A stretch of DNA of 63,492 nt, counting the filler, from Octopus bimaculoides (taxonomy: Eukaryota), in assembly GCF_001194135.2 (NCBI RefSeq). It is 9 parts of 9 records of this genome, joined end to end, with 100 filler letters (N's around TTAATTAATTAA, not from the genome) between each part and the next. Parts side by side here need not be neighbours in the genome. Positions count along the whole stretch, not along the records: positions 51,018 to 58,023 come from NC_068987.1; positions 58,124 to 61,420 come from NC_068997.1; positions 61,521 to 63,492 come from NC_069007.1; 6 more parts are not named here. One strand, given 5' to 3'. Under the pieces are notes generated by a model. The model was not told where the DNA came from. It saw nothing but the letters and a program-made list of their open reading frames with translations, and searched no databases. Numbering within the stretch: the first letter of the stretch is position 1; every line of letters starts with the position of its first letter. Positions 51,773-63,492 of the stretch are shown here, one piece after another. The position numbers and the translations under genes were made by a program.

Positions 51773-52420
51773 GACTATTTGTTATTCATACATACATATT
51801 CATACATACTTACATACATACATACATACAGACAGACATACAGACTGACAGACACGCGTGCGCACACACAAGTATATATGCATGAATAAGGTTTTTAAGA
51901 TCATGTATGTATGTGTTTTGCAAGATTCTTGATGTGGAATCGTGTGTTGAAACAGAAATTGTTACGTTTCGGGACAGTCATTTTTTGTTCTTTTGCTAAA
52001 TAAACACACGCACTATATATTCGTTTTTTCTCTTCATCTTTATTGTTGTTCTTTTCTTTTAGTGGCCTTAATATGAAATCTTTCTAAACAGGACAGGAGG
52101 TGACACATGAGATGGAGAGTCGCTGAAGAGGTCACAGCATTTATGACGAAAGATTTCAGACAAAGGACACGAAAAATGATTATAATAACAAAACTGAAGT
52201 GAAGAACGAGTATATAAAATGACCATCCCAAATATATAACAATATGTTTTTAAGTTCTTTATCTGCAAGATGATTATATTACTTAACCGACTCGAGAATT
52301 AAAAGCCTCGTCACTTGCACAATAATTTGATATTCCTTCCTTCCTTCCTTCCTTCCTTCCCTCCTTCCCTCTTGTAGAAGCTTATTGTCTATCTTTTTAT
52401 TATTATATTACTACGCTAAC

Positions 52421-52727
52421 AGTGGAGGAGCAATGGCCCAGTGGTTAGGGCAGCGAACTCGCGGTCATAGGATCGCGGTTTCGGTTCCCAGACCGGGCGT
52501 TGTGAGTGTTTATTGAGCGAAAACACCTAAAAGCTCCATGAGGCTCCGGCAGGGGATGGTGGTGAACCCTGCTGTACTCTTTCACCACAACTTTCTCTCA
52601 CTCTTACTTCCTGTTTCTGTTGTGCCTGTAATTCAAAGGGTCAGCCTTGTCACACTCTGTGTCACGCTGAATATCCCCGAGAACTACGTTAAAGGTACAC
52701 GTGTCTGTGGAGTGCTCAGCCACTTGT
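52421..52727 (+). mobile_element. Family-D SINE, 3'-truncated
   Basis: Box A TGGCCCAGTGG and box B GGTTTCGGTTCC in a tRNA-like head; body matches the 47531 and 63266 copies. Confidence 0.85.
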
Positions 52728-53596
52728 ACTATAATTTGATATTCCTTCCTTCCTTCCNNNNNNNNNNNNNNNNNNNNNNNNNNNNNNNNNNNNNNNNNNN
52801 NNNNNNNNNNNNNNNNNNNNNNNNNNNNNNNNNNNNNNNNNNNNNNNNNNNNNNNNNNNNNNNNNNNNNNNNNNNNNNNNNNNNNNNNNNNNNNNNNNNN
52901 NNNNNNNNNNNNNNNNNNNNNNNNNNNNNNNNNNNNNNNNNNNNNNNNNNNNNNNNNNNNNNNNNNNNNNNNNNNNNNNNNNNNNNNNNNNNNNNNNNNN
53001 NNNNNNNNNNNNNNNNNNNNNNNNNNNNNNNNNNNNNNNNNNNNNNNNNNNNNNNNNNNNNNNNNNNNNNNNNNNNNNNNNNNNNNNNNNNNNNNNNNNN
53101 NNNNNNNNNNNNNNNNNNNNNNNNNNNNNNNNNNNNNNNNNNNNNNNNNNNNNNNNNNNNNNNNNNNNNNNNNNNNNNNNNNNNNNNNNNNNNNNNNNNN
53201 NNNNNNNNNNNNNNNNNNNNNNNNNNNNNNNNNNNNNNNNNNNNNNNNNNNNNNNNNNNNNNNNNNNNNNNNNNNNNNNNNNNNNNNNNNNNNNNNNNNN
53301 NNNNNNNNNNNNNNNNNNNNNNNNNNNNNNNNNNNNNNNNNNNNNNNNNNNNNNNNNNNNNNNNNNNNNNNNNNNNNNNNNNNNNNNNNNNNNNNNNNNN
53401 NNNNNNNNNNNNNNNNNNNNNNNNNNNNNNNNNNNNNNNNNNNNNNNNNNNNNNNNNNNNNNNNNNNNNNNNNNNNNNNNNNNNNNNNNNNNNNNNNNNN
53501 NNNNNNNNNNNNNNNNNNNNNNNNNNNNNNNNNNNNNNNNNNNNNNNNNNNNNNNNNNNNNNNNNNNNNNNNNNNNNNNNNNNNNNNNTTCCAGAC

Positions 53597-54197
53597 CCCA
53601 GTAATGAACTCATTTGCATACAGCCAATCAGAGCTCACCTTGAAAATCCATATACTATGTACAACTACAGTACTGCCATTCATGCATAGAATGGTGTATG
53701 CCACTCTGTGAGTACAGCATGGCAGGTCTCACATAAGCACTCGCAACCATTTTCATAGATCAATTGAGCACCATCTCTATATGGAGCTAACATTAAGTAC
53801 CTATGCTCAGACTGAGATTAGTGATACTGCATGTACCCATTGATATATGCAAGGAGGGCGCAATACGACACAACGTCATATTGATTACGATGTTTCCAGA
53901 TCAACACCAACATTTTAAATTAGGAATGTATAAAATCAGTTAAAAAGTTAGAAAGCTTCACTCATCTACATTTTCTAGTAAATTACGCAAATTGGCAACA
54001 CTTAGGCATCATCGGTGAGCAGCTATCCATTCACTTTATACACTAAATTTCACATTTGTCACCCCTATGAGAACGGTTAGATCTTGCTACAACGCTCATT
54101 TTCTACTGAACTCAACCAGAGTATTTTCGTGACTAGGTGGACACTAGTTTGATAGTTGAGCTCTGATTGGCTGTATGCAAATGAGTTCATAACTGGG
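53597..54197. repeat. 34-bp perfect inverted repeat (53604-53637 / 54157-54190) containing octamer and CCAAT motifs
   Basis: ATGAACTCATTTGCATACAGCCAATCAGAGCTCA and its exact reverse complement; extends by CCCAGT/ACTGGG after one mismatch. Confidence 0.85.
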
Positions 54198-56454
54198 AGC
54201 TCGGAACTCTTGCGGAGAAAAAAATTCGCTTCAGTCCAGGTGGGGAATCTATACGCCAATGAAACCGGGAAACCGGCCCTTATGAGCCAGGCATGGCTCG
54301 AGAAGGAATAAACAACAACAACTACTACTGCTGCTGCTACTACTACTACTACTACTATACAGAGAGGAAAATTTGAAACTACCATTTTATTTCACTTGAA
54401 GTGATCGAACTGTAACTGTGTAACCGGATAACTGTGTTACCGGTTAACTGTGTTACCACTCGTAACGTATTAGGCTGAAACGTACATACCATTAAATGGA
54501 TTTAGTCACAAGAGAAGACCGCGCCTGTATTGATCCTCTGAGACGGGCGGGAAAAACTATCCTCTAATCGAAAACCTGGTCCGAATGCTTGCAATAGAGT
54601 GGATTTCACTAAAAAAAAAAAAAAAANNNNNNNNNNNNNNNNNNNNNNNNNNNNNNNNNNNNNNNNNNNNNNNNNNNNNNNNNNNNNNNNNNNNNNNNNN
54701 NNNNNNNNNNNNNNNNNNNNNNNNNNNNNNNNNNNNNNNNNNNNNNNNNNNNNNNNNNNNNNNNNNNNNNNNNNNNNNNNNNNNNNNNNNNNNNNNNNNN
54801 NNNNNNNNNNNNNNNNNNNNNNNNNNNNNNNNNNNNNNNNNNNNNNNNNNNNNNNNNNNNNNNNNNNNNNNNNNNNNNNNNNNNNNNNNNNNNNNNNNNN
54901 NNNNNNNNNNNNNNNNNNNNNNNNNNNNNNNNNNNNNNNNNNNNNNNNNNNNNNNNNNNNNNNNNNNNNNNNNNNNNNNNNNNNNNNNNNNNNNNNNNNN
55001 NNNNNNNNNNNNNNNNNNNNNNNNNNNNNNNNNNNNNNNNNNNNNNNNNNNNNNNNNNNNNNNNNNNNNNNNNNNNNNNNNNNNNNNNNNNNNNNNNNNN
55101 NNNNNNNNNNNNNNNNNNNNNNNNNNNNNNNNNNNNNNNNNNNNNNNNNNNNNNNNNNNNNNNNNNNNNNNNNNNNNNNNNNNNNNNNNNNNNNNNNNNN
55201 NNNNNNNNNNNNNNNNNNNNNNNNNNNNNNNNNNNNNTAAAGACTTTCTCTATTCCCGAGCGTTAAACTAATACATCCTTTTGTTGTTTATACCACCTGT
55301 CCTCGTCTGTTGTTGTTTTTTTCGTAAATTCTCCCATATATATATATACACAAAAAGATAATTAAATAGAGAGATACTACTGACAATCCAATAATTATTT
55401 ATATTATAATATTACATGATATACTATGAATATAATATAACATAATATTATATAACATAAACAATTATTAAAAAACCACTTCACGAGCAAGAAGTTCCGT
55501 TGATCGGATCAACTGGAACACTCGCTGTCGTAACTGACGGAGTGAGTGCCAAAAAATATATATGCACACACATACATACACACACACACACACATACATA
55601 CACACACACACATACACACGCACATATGTAGAGCGAATCGGAACAATGATTGAATATGCTGGACGGGACAGTGATCGTTTCATATTATATTTTACTTGAA
55701 ACAACAACGATTCACAGATTTCACAAAACAATATAACAGACGAATACTTGTGTTTTATTACGTACTGTTAGCTCGTATAATATGAGCTCTCTCAAAGTTC
55801 GTTGTTGCTTGTGTCAACGAAAAATGGAATTAACAAATACAGAATTTGATTTGTGTAACGAGGAAGATTCGCTTACAGTTACATTCAATCTGCTTCATAT
55901 TACTGTGTCGCCATGTCGTGTGTATGCTTTTATGTTGTACAGTTGCATACGTTAAAGTTTAATTGATTAATTAGTAATTAATTAATTAAATTTTTTACAT
56001 TAAAATCAATAAAAGTGGTCCCCAAATTACATTCAATTTAATGGACTTTTAGTTGTAAAGCCCACATACACATCATCGACTTACAAATCTGCTTAACGGA
56101 GAGTTTACACTATATATATATATATATATATAAGACAAAATAGAATGTAAAAACTACAGAAGAATTGTATTGTATGGTTAAAGAATATATTTAAATTGTC
56201 ATGTTAGAAAAATGTCAGAACATTTTCTGTGTAGTGACATTGTTTTTGGAGGGTTTCGTATTTTCTTTTCAAATTTCTCAAATTTCTTTACCGATATTGT
56301 TTTATCTCTTCGCACACAAACTTTTCTAACATTTTTCTAGCATGACGAGTTAAATATATTCTTTAACCATATAATACAAGTCTTCTGCAGCTTTTTCATT
56401 CTATTTTGTCTTTTATACATCCAACCACATGCTTTCACATACCAACTCTCTCAC

Positions 56455-56503
<49 letters not shown>

Positions 56504-56558
56504 AAATATGAACTGCGTAAAAGTTAATACGAAAAGTACTTCATCCAATGAGAGTTGA

Positions 56559-56724
56559 ATATTACTAAATGTTTCAACTACATGTACTTATCGCGCTACC
56601 AATAGTTTCCCGTACATGCGTACGTTCATCAGGCGTCAATCACCTGATGCTTGATGAACGTATGCATGTACAGGAAATTATTAGTAGTGCGATAAGTACA
56701 TGTAGTTGAAACGTTTAGTAATAT
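56559..56724. repeat. 80-bp arm palindrome with a 6-nt loop, composed of two mirrored hammerhead motifs
   Basis: Arms 56559-56638 and 56645-56724 with 8 transition mismatches. Confidence 0.9.
56594..56635 (-). ncRNA. Minimal type I hammerhead ribozyme
   Basis: CGC-CTGATGA-A-CGTAC(gcat)GTACG-G-GAAAC-tattg-GTA-GCG; 3-bp stem I; GUA cleavage triplet. Confidence 0.7.
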
Positions 56725-56735
56725 ATATATATATA

Positions 56736-57255
56736 CAGGGTTATTCAAAAAGAAAGATCCAATTTCATTACGCAATATTTTAATAAGGAAAGGCAATAGA
56801 AAACTCCAGCTAAGTCACAAGTATTTACTCACAATCAACTTTTAGTTCCTGTCTTACAAGTGTTTAATGTGACCACCACCTGCAGCAAGGGCAACATCAA
56901 TGCGATAAGAGAATTCAACCCAGACGCGTATCAGCATACCAAAAGCAAGTTCATTATGGAACTAAAGAATAAATTTGCTTTACTTGAGGCGATTCCAGAA
57001 GATATTGGTATAGAAGGGAAATGGAAAAACTTCGAAAAAGCATTCAACCAGACAGTCAAAGAAGTACTCAGTGGATCGTGATAGGCTGATACGCGTCTAG
57101 GAGGAATTCTCTTATCGCATTGATGTTGCCCGTGCTGCAGGTGGTGGCCACATTGAACACTTGTAAGACAGGAAATAAAAGTTGATTGTGAGTAAATGCT
57201 TGTGAATTGGAGTTTTCTATTTGCTTTTCTTTATTAAAATATTGCGTAATAAAAT
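56736..57255. mobile_element. Tc1/mariner-type long-TIR MITE with a LINE-derived core
   Basis: TA-CAGGGTTATTCAAAAAG start; about 170-bp inverted arms (to 56935 and 57085-57255); the outermost right TIR is missing. Confidence 0.75.
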
Positions 57256-57257
57256 CA

Positions 57258-57700
57258 GTTCATTCCCATAGGGAGTGAAAGATTAAAGATCTTGATATGT
57301 GTAGGAGTAAATTCTTGGAAGCAACGCTTGAGTGTAACGGAAAGGGTCTGGTTAAGGCCGGTGGCTTTGTTTGAAACAATAGGAGGTATTTCCCTACTTG
57401 GAAATGGGTTAGATTTGGCTGGGACTAGCCAAAGGCGCGTAGTGAGGAGCTGGATGCGGACAGTGGTCAGCAAGGAGCGAACGTGGAGGTTTACTCTGTG
57501 GTGGTACTGTTTATAGAACAATCATTATTTAGCTGACGAAATAAAGAGGATTCCGTATAGTTGGAGGTGAAGAGTGGGACGGTATTGTTTAGCAAGGAAC
57601 CAAAAGGATCTGTTATAGTTTAGGAGGCGGGAAAGGTTGAGGGCCGTGTCATAATGAAAGCAACCTTTGTGTAAAGTTAGTGGTCTAAGAAGAGACATGC
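57258..57700 (-). pseudogene. Decayed CR1/Jockey-type LINE fragment (linker to RT start)
   Basis: NRSFWFLAKQY..ISSAK* and NKATGLNQTLSVTLKRCFQEFTPTHIKIFNLSLPMG resemble SFW.LAK and K..GPD.I...LK.CA.EL.P.L..LFNLSL..G. Confidence 0.55.
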
Positions 57701-58253
57701 TTCTAGGTGAATATGTATGTATGTATGTAAGTATGTATGTATGTATGTATGTATGTATGCTTGTATGTACATACATACATTTGTATGTATATGCATATAT
57801 GTATGAGTATGTATGTATATAAATGTATATATATACTTGCAGACAATATATATATATGTGTATGTATGTATGTATGTATGTATGCTTGTACATATATACA
57901 TATGTATGTATGTATGTATGTAGGTAGGTATGTAGGTAGGTAGGTAGGTATACTTGTATGTACATACATACATATGTATGTATATGCATATATGTATGAG
58001 CATGTATGTATATAAATGTATATNNNNNNNNNNNNNNNNNNNNNNNNNNNNNNNNNNNNNNNNNNNNTTAATTAATTAANNNNNNNNNNNNNNNNNNNNN
58101 NNNNNNNNNNNNNNNNNNNNNNNTAAGTAAATACGTGGAGTATTATTACTGTTAAAAACAGTAATAATGAGGTGGCTAGCAAGACTTCTACCTGAACAGG
58201 GTTAAAATATTTAAAGAAAAGAAGGGTAAAGATACCACTTGCTGAAAAATTAA

Positions 58254-58542
58254 AGCCAAGGCTTCAAAAATCCCCCAATTCTACGATAAATACACACACG
58301 AGCAACGTAATGAATATTTCAAAAAATAGGCCTACCTTCAGGATGGAATTTCAAGGTAGTCTAATACATACCCCAATATCAATTGATTTCATTCTGTGCA
58401 TGAGAGACATACTTTGCAATCCTCAGTGCATTAGACTACCTTGAAATACCATCCCGAAGGTAGGCCTATTTTTTAAAATATTCGTTACATTTCTCGTGTG
58501 TGTATTTATCGTAGAATTGGTGTTTTTTTTAAGCTTTCGCTT
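58254..58542. mobile_element. Fold-back MITE-like element with about 115-bp inverted arms
   Basis: 58254-58369 is the imperfect reverse complement of 58426-58542 (for example AATAGGCCTACCTTCAGGATGG / CCATCCCGAAGGTAGGCCTATT). Confidence 0.8.
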
Positions 58543-58552
58543 NNNNNNNNNN

Positions 58553-58745
58553 CGCCCACCACCGCTTGACAACCGCTTGAATGCTTACGTCCAGTAACTT
58601 AGAGGTTCGGTAAAAGAGACTGATAGAATAAGTATCAAGCCTTAGACAGAAAAATAAGTAGTGGAGTCGATATATGCGACTAAAAATTCTTCAAGGTGGT
58701 ACCCCAGCATGACCGCAGTTTAATAAGCGAAACAAAAGATAAAAG
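58553..58745 (+). mobile_element. Family-A SINE tail
   Basis: CCGCTTGACAACC..GGTGGTACCCCAGCATGACCGCAG. Confidence 0.7.
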
Positions 58746-59332
58746 ATATATATAAACCCCCGGTAAACAATCAAAATGTATTGACACTTTGTTAAATAAT
58801 TACTAAACAATTGTCATCACTTGGTACTAATGCTGTAGTATCTCGGTATGTAATGTATGAACGCTTTCCTCTGCTTAGTTGAGATTCAAAACCGAATCGG
58901 AACAAAGCAAACGAAAGCGATCTCTGACAAGTAGTTCTGTTTATTTAAAATAAGTTCAGACTTGATAACTTAAATTACAAAGCTCGGTTTTATTTACCAG
59001 TACATAATACAATCTTTATTTTTTTATCCATCCATGCAGTACTCACCGATTCAAAGTCCTGTTCACAGTCATTGTTATTATTGAACAATATGTCTGTCAC
59101 TTGTACTAACCAAGTCATCTTCAGGATTGCACAATTCATCAATATAATAATTACCTGCAGCACCAAGTTCACTTAGTTGAAGGTCGCTCCAATAGTTTTC
59201 GCATCACAATTTCATGAATCTTTATTATTCTGCTTTAGTACATTTACACTTCTCTGTAAATTCGTTCATATTCTTGAGGTCGATCAGTTATTGCTATACA
59301 ATGCCTTCGGCTTATATGACAGTAGTACTGGT

Positions 59333-60793
59333 TTCAAATTTTGGCACAAGGCCAGCAATTTATGGGGAGGCGGGCTAGTCGATTACATTTTGGTAATCTG
59401 ATACTTATTTTATCGATACCGAAAGAATGAAAGGCAAAGTTGATCTCGGCGGAATTTGAACTTAGAATGTAAAGACGGATGAAATACCCGCTAAGGATTT
59501 GGTCAGGCGCTCTAACGATTCTGCCATCTCGCCGCCTTATATGCCAGTAATATTAAGACTAACATTTTCGGCCTAAAGATTTCACCTCGGCTTATACGCC
59601 GCATTGGCTTATATGCCACCACTTACGAAATATATACAACGTATGTATGTGTATGTGTGCATGTGTGTGGGTGGGTGTATGTGTGGGTGTGTGTATGTGC
59701 GTGTATGTGTTAGTGTGTGTGTGTCTGTGTGTGTGTGTCTGTGTCTGTGTGTGCGTGCGCACGTAGCCTGAGTAATTTTAAGATAAAATATGACTGTAGT
59801 GGAAACTGCTTATTGCGTTTACGGCTCCTTTTAATTAACAATAGCCGGCTGATAGTATTGGTTTCAAATTGAGGCACAAGGCCAGCAAGTTCGAGGAAGA
59901 AGGTAAGTCGATTACATTGACTTCGGTGCTCAACTGGTATTTATTTTATCGATCCCAAAAGAATGGAAAGCAAAGTCGACCATGGCAGAATTTGAAATCA
60001 GAACATGAAGACGGATGAAATGCCACTAAGAATTTTGCACGACGTGACAATGATTCTGCCAGCTTCCGGCGGCAACTTCTTGCTGAACAACCTACGATGG
60101 TTTGTTTACAACAGTCAAATGTTTGTGCTGCACATAATTTCATTCCCTCCATCAGATCGACATTACCAGCACAGGCGCACAATGTGCCTCACATCAAGCG
60201 TCGAAGTGATCCCAAAGCAACGCCTGATGAAGTGTTTTGCTCAAGAATACAACGCACAGCTCAATCCGGGAATCGAAACCACAATCTTATGTGCAACACC
60301 CTAACCACTAGCCCATACGCCTTCACATAAGTTAGCAATAATTGTTTGATAATACTTGTGGTGATTAAGGTCGCGAGCTGGCGGAACCGTGAGCACGCTG
60401 GGCAAAATGCTTAGAGGTATTTCGTCCGAGTTCAAGTTCTGCTGAGGTCAACTTTTCCTTTCATCCTTTTGTGGTCGATAAAATAAGTACCAGTTGAGCC
60501 CTGGGGTTGATGTAATCGACTTACCCAACATACAAAAAAAAAAAAAAGTGATGGCTTTGTGCCAAATTTTGAAACCAACGTTACCCGCGATTAAGGTGGC
60601 GAGCCGGCAGAATCGTTAACATGTCGGACAAAATATTTAGCGGTATTTCGTCGGTCTTTTCGTTCTAGGCTCAAATTCCGCTGAGATCGATTTTGCCTTT
60701 CAAATAAGTACCAGTTGAACACTGGGATCGATTCAATCGACTTAGCTACTACCCCAAACCTGCTGGCCTCTGGCCAAAATTTGAAATCAATAT
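59333..60793. mobile_element. Family-B SINE cluster (-,-,+,+) around a different tRNA-SINE at 60080-60315 (-)
   Basis: B copies near 59333-59540, 59858-60070, 60366-60580 and 60593-60793; the central element reverse-complements to GGCTAGTGGTTAGGGTG..GGTTTCGATTCCCGG..CTTGAGCAAAACACTTCAT. Confidence 0.8.
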
Positions 60794-61323
60794 TACCCGT
60801 AATGATCCGTGGTTTCTTCGATATTTTTTGACCCTGGTACATTGACAGGTATGAGCCATTGCTTGAAGAGAAATATTTATTGTATTGTATTGCAATGTTT
60901 ATTTATTTGTTGTTGTTATTATTGTTGTTGTTTTTGTTACTTGTTATTTAATGTAATTGCTTCCATATTCGTGCGATGTAATTTAAAGTCTTAATTTGAT
61001 TCGATCAATTAGAACAGCTATAAACATATACTGGTCATTGCTGATAACAGGAGATTTCATTGTTAGTTTGGAAATCGTTGGAAGACAGAAGGTAGAAGTC
61101 TCCAAACAACAACGTTCATTAATTCTGCCAAAGAAAATAATTGGTTGGTATCTTTAATAATCTAAGAGAAACGAACAACGAACGCGGATTGGTTGGTCTG
61201 ACGAGGGTGGTGGTGGTGTTGGCAGGGGCGATGATGCGATTTCTCTGATACTGGATTTGATTGTCGATCAACGGTAAAGTTTCTTGAAACCCATATCAGA
61301 AATCAAAACACTGTACTCTTTTA

Positions 61324-61324
<1 letters not shown>

Positions 61325-61354
<30 letters not shown>

Positions 61355-61420
61355 CTTCTTCTTCTTCTTCTTCTTCTTCTTCTTCTTCTTCTTCTTCTTC
61401 TTCTTCTTCTTCTTCTTCTT
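61325..61420. repeat. (CTT)n tract
   Basis: Direct reading. Confidence 0.95.
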
Positions 61421-61621
61421 NNNNNNNNNNNNNNNNNNNNNNNNNNNNNNNNNNNNNNNNNNNNTTAATTAATTAANNNNNNNNNNNNNNNNNNNNNNNN
61501 NNNNNNNNNNNNNNNNNNNNTGGTGGTGGTGGTCATGACAACAACAAAAGCAAGGATGATGATGATGATGATGATGAAAAGCATTGTTGTTCTTCTACAG
61601 ACAGGGGGAGCTACCAAATAT

Positions 61622-62130
61622 TCTTTTCTTTTCTAGGTACAAGGTCCCAAATTTTTGGTGGGAGGGGGCCAGTCAATTAGATCGACTCCAGTATGCAACT
61701 GGTATTTAATTTATCGACCCCCAAAAGGATGAAAGGCAAGGTTGACCTCGGTGGAATTTGAACTCAGAATGCAGCTAAGCATTTCACCCGGTGTGCTAAT
61801 GTTGCTGCCTTAGAATCTTCCAAATATTAAAAGCAGCTCAAGAAAAGAAAGAAATCATGAAGTAACCAGGCGATTTGGAATTGGTGAATGAAGGGTTAAT
61901 TTGTGGCATAAACAACAGGAAATACTGATTTAAAATTTTGGTACAAGGCCAGCAATTTCAGGAGAGGAGATAAATTGATTGCATTGATCCTAGTGCTCAA
62001 CTGATTCTTAATTTATTGACCCTCTAAAGAGGAAAGGCAATATCAATACGATCAGTATTTGAACTCAGAACATTTACTTGGAAGAAATACCTTTTGTACA
62101 GCACAGTATCAATTCTGCTAGCTCACCACC
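61622..62130 (-). mobile_element. Two family-B SINE copies
   Basis: AGGTACAAGGTCCCAAATTTT.. and TTTTGGTACAAGGCCAGCAATTTC.. are reverse complements of the B tail. Confidence 0.75.
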
Positions 62131-62150
62131 TTAATGAGAGAAAATATTAA

Positions 62151-62372
62151 CCCTTTCGATACCAACCCAGCAGAAACCACTTCTGGCTCTGTAGTACTAA
62201 TGTCTTGTTTTCATAAGTTCTGAATTAAAATCTTCCACCAAACCTTAGTCACAATTTATGTTCCTAACACTAGCTTAATGATAACTAAGTTATTTTACTA
62301 AATTCTTTGTTATATTCAAAATTAATTGAAAGAAACATAAAGCATCTTAAAAGAAATATGGTAACGAAACGG
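62151..62372. mobile_element. piggyBac-type MITE
   Basis: TTAA-CCCTTTCGATACC ... GGTAACGAAACGG-ATAA: CCC-type TIR with a TTAA-like TSD. Confidence 0.6.
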
Positions 62373-62461
62373 ATAAGAACTACATTGAGAAATTAACAAG
62401 TGTTTTTATTAAAAACAGCAATTTTCCTGAATTTGAAATAAAATTTCATAAATATTCTTAG

Positions 62462-62965
62462 GTATGGGTGTGGCTGTCTGGTAAGAAGTTTGATTTCCAA
62501 CCACATGGTTCTGGGTTCAGTTCTGCTGTGTGGCACCTTAGACAAGTGTCTTCTACAACAGCCCCAAGTGAAACAAGGCTTATTAACTGGAGTTGGAGTT
62601 GGAGTTGCTAGACAGAAACTGAAAGAAGCCTGTCATATATGTGCATGTGTGTGTGTGTGTGTGTGTGCATGCTTATGTGTTTGTGTGTGTGTTTGTTACC
62701 CCATCATCAACTACTTGACAATCAGTGTTGGTTGCCCATTATACCCATCATGACTACCTGTCTGATAAGGGTACACCAGGCACATGCATCATAACCATAT
62801 GTGCGCGACATAGTGATCTCATATCAAGATAAACAGCGCATGACCTCGCAGGTGGGCCCCAGTTAGAATTCTCTTCAGGGTGAGTCGCCTATTCCACTCA
62901 AAAGATCCCTGGATAAGGGTTGTTTAAGGATGTTGAACAAAACACCCATGTTTCCAGAGGTGAAT
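62462..62965. mobile_element. Family-A head (+) followed by a family-E fragment (-)
   Basis: GTGTGGCTGTCTGGTAAG..GTGGCACCTTAGACAAGTGTC; 62738-62965 matches 37305-37520. Confidence 0.75.
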
Positions 62966-63265
62966 TATCCAAGCCTGAGTTCAAATTCTGCCAAGGTCAA
63001 CTTTGCCCTTCATCCTTTTGGTGTTGATAAATTAAGTACCACTTGAGTACTGAGGTCAATTCTCAAGTACCTCCTCCCAACAGCAACTACACCAGTACTG
63101 TCAACAACAAAAACATCCCCCATCACTACTATCACCACCACCACTACTATCACAGACACCATCTTCACAAAAACAACCCAATTCACATGCACAACTTTCA
63201 GATTGCACATCTCAACATCAGCAAAACACTTTGAACTACACAGCAACAGGCACCAACAATAAAAA

Positions 63266-63492
63266 CTTGTTGTTGTTGTTGTTGGCACTCCGTCGCCTAC
63301 GATGTCGAGGGTTCCAGTTGATCCGATCAACAGAACAGCCTGCTCGTGAAATTAACGTGCAAGTGGCTGAGCACTCCACAGACACATGTACCCTTAACGT
63401 AGTTCTCAGGGATATTCAGCGTGACACAGTGTGACAAGGCTGACCCTTTGAATTACAGGCACAACAGAAACAGGAAGTAAGAGTGAGAGAAA
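63266..63492 (-). mobile_element. Family-D SINE 3' part with a (CAA)n tail
   Basis: Close match to 47531-47760. Confidence 0.85.

Overview
Eukaryotic, AT-rich, gap-ridden and repeat-saturated scaffold window. The SINE families and microsatellite load look like a coleoid cephalopod, probably Octopus (inference from recall of such sequence, not a database match). I could not identify an intact host protein-coding gene; almost all listed ORFs are microsatellite or N-gap translations. The window holds many copies of at least five SINE-like families and decayed LINEs: one RTE with its endonuclease deleted and three C-terminal C2H2-like fingers, two R4/Dong-like fragments, and three CR1-like remnants. 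It also holds two Penelope-like elements (PLEs) of different types, tandem non-autonomous Helitrons, hAT-, piggyBac- and Tc1/mariner-type MITEs, and five telomeric TAACCC units beside a gap. The most interesting layer is four distinct hammerhead ribozyme (HHR) families. These are a pLTR HHR with a ~51-nt structured loop II, an HHR mini-element nested antisense in another PLE, an A6U-core HHR family, and an 80-bp palindrome made of two mirrored HHRs. Coordinates of decayed repeats are approximate (about +/-10-20 nt); the ribozyme, palindrome and TIR coordinates were counted by hand.
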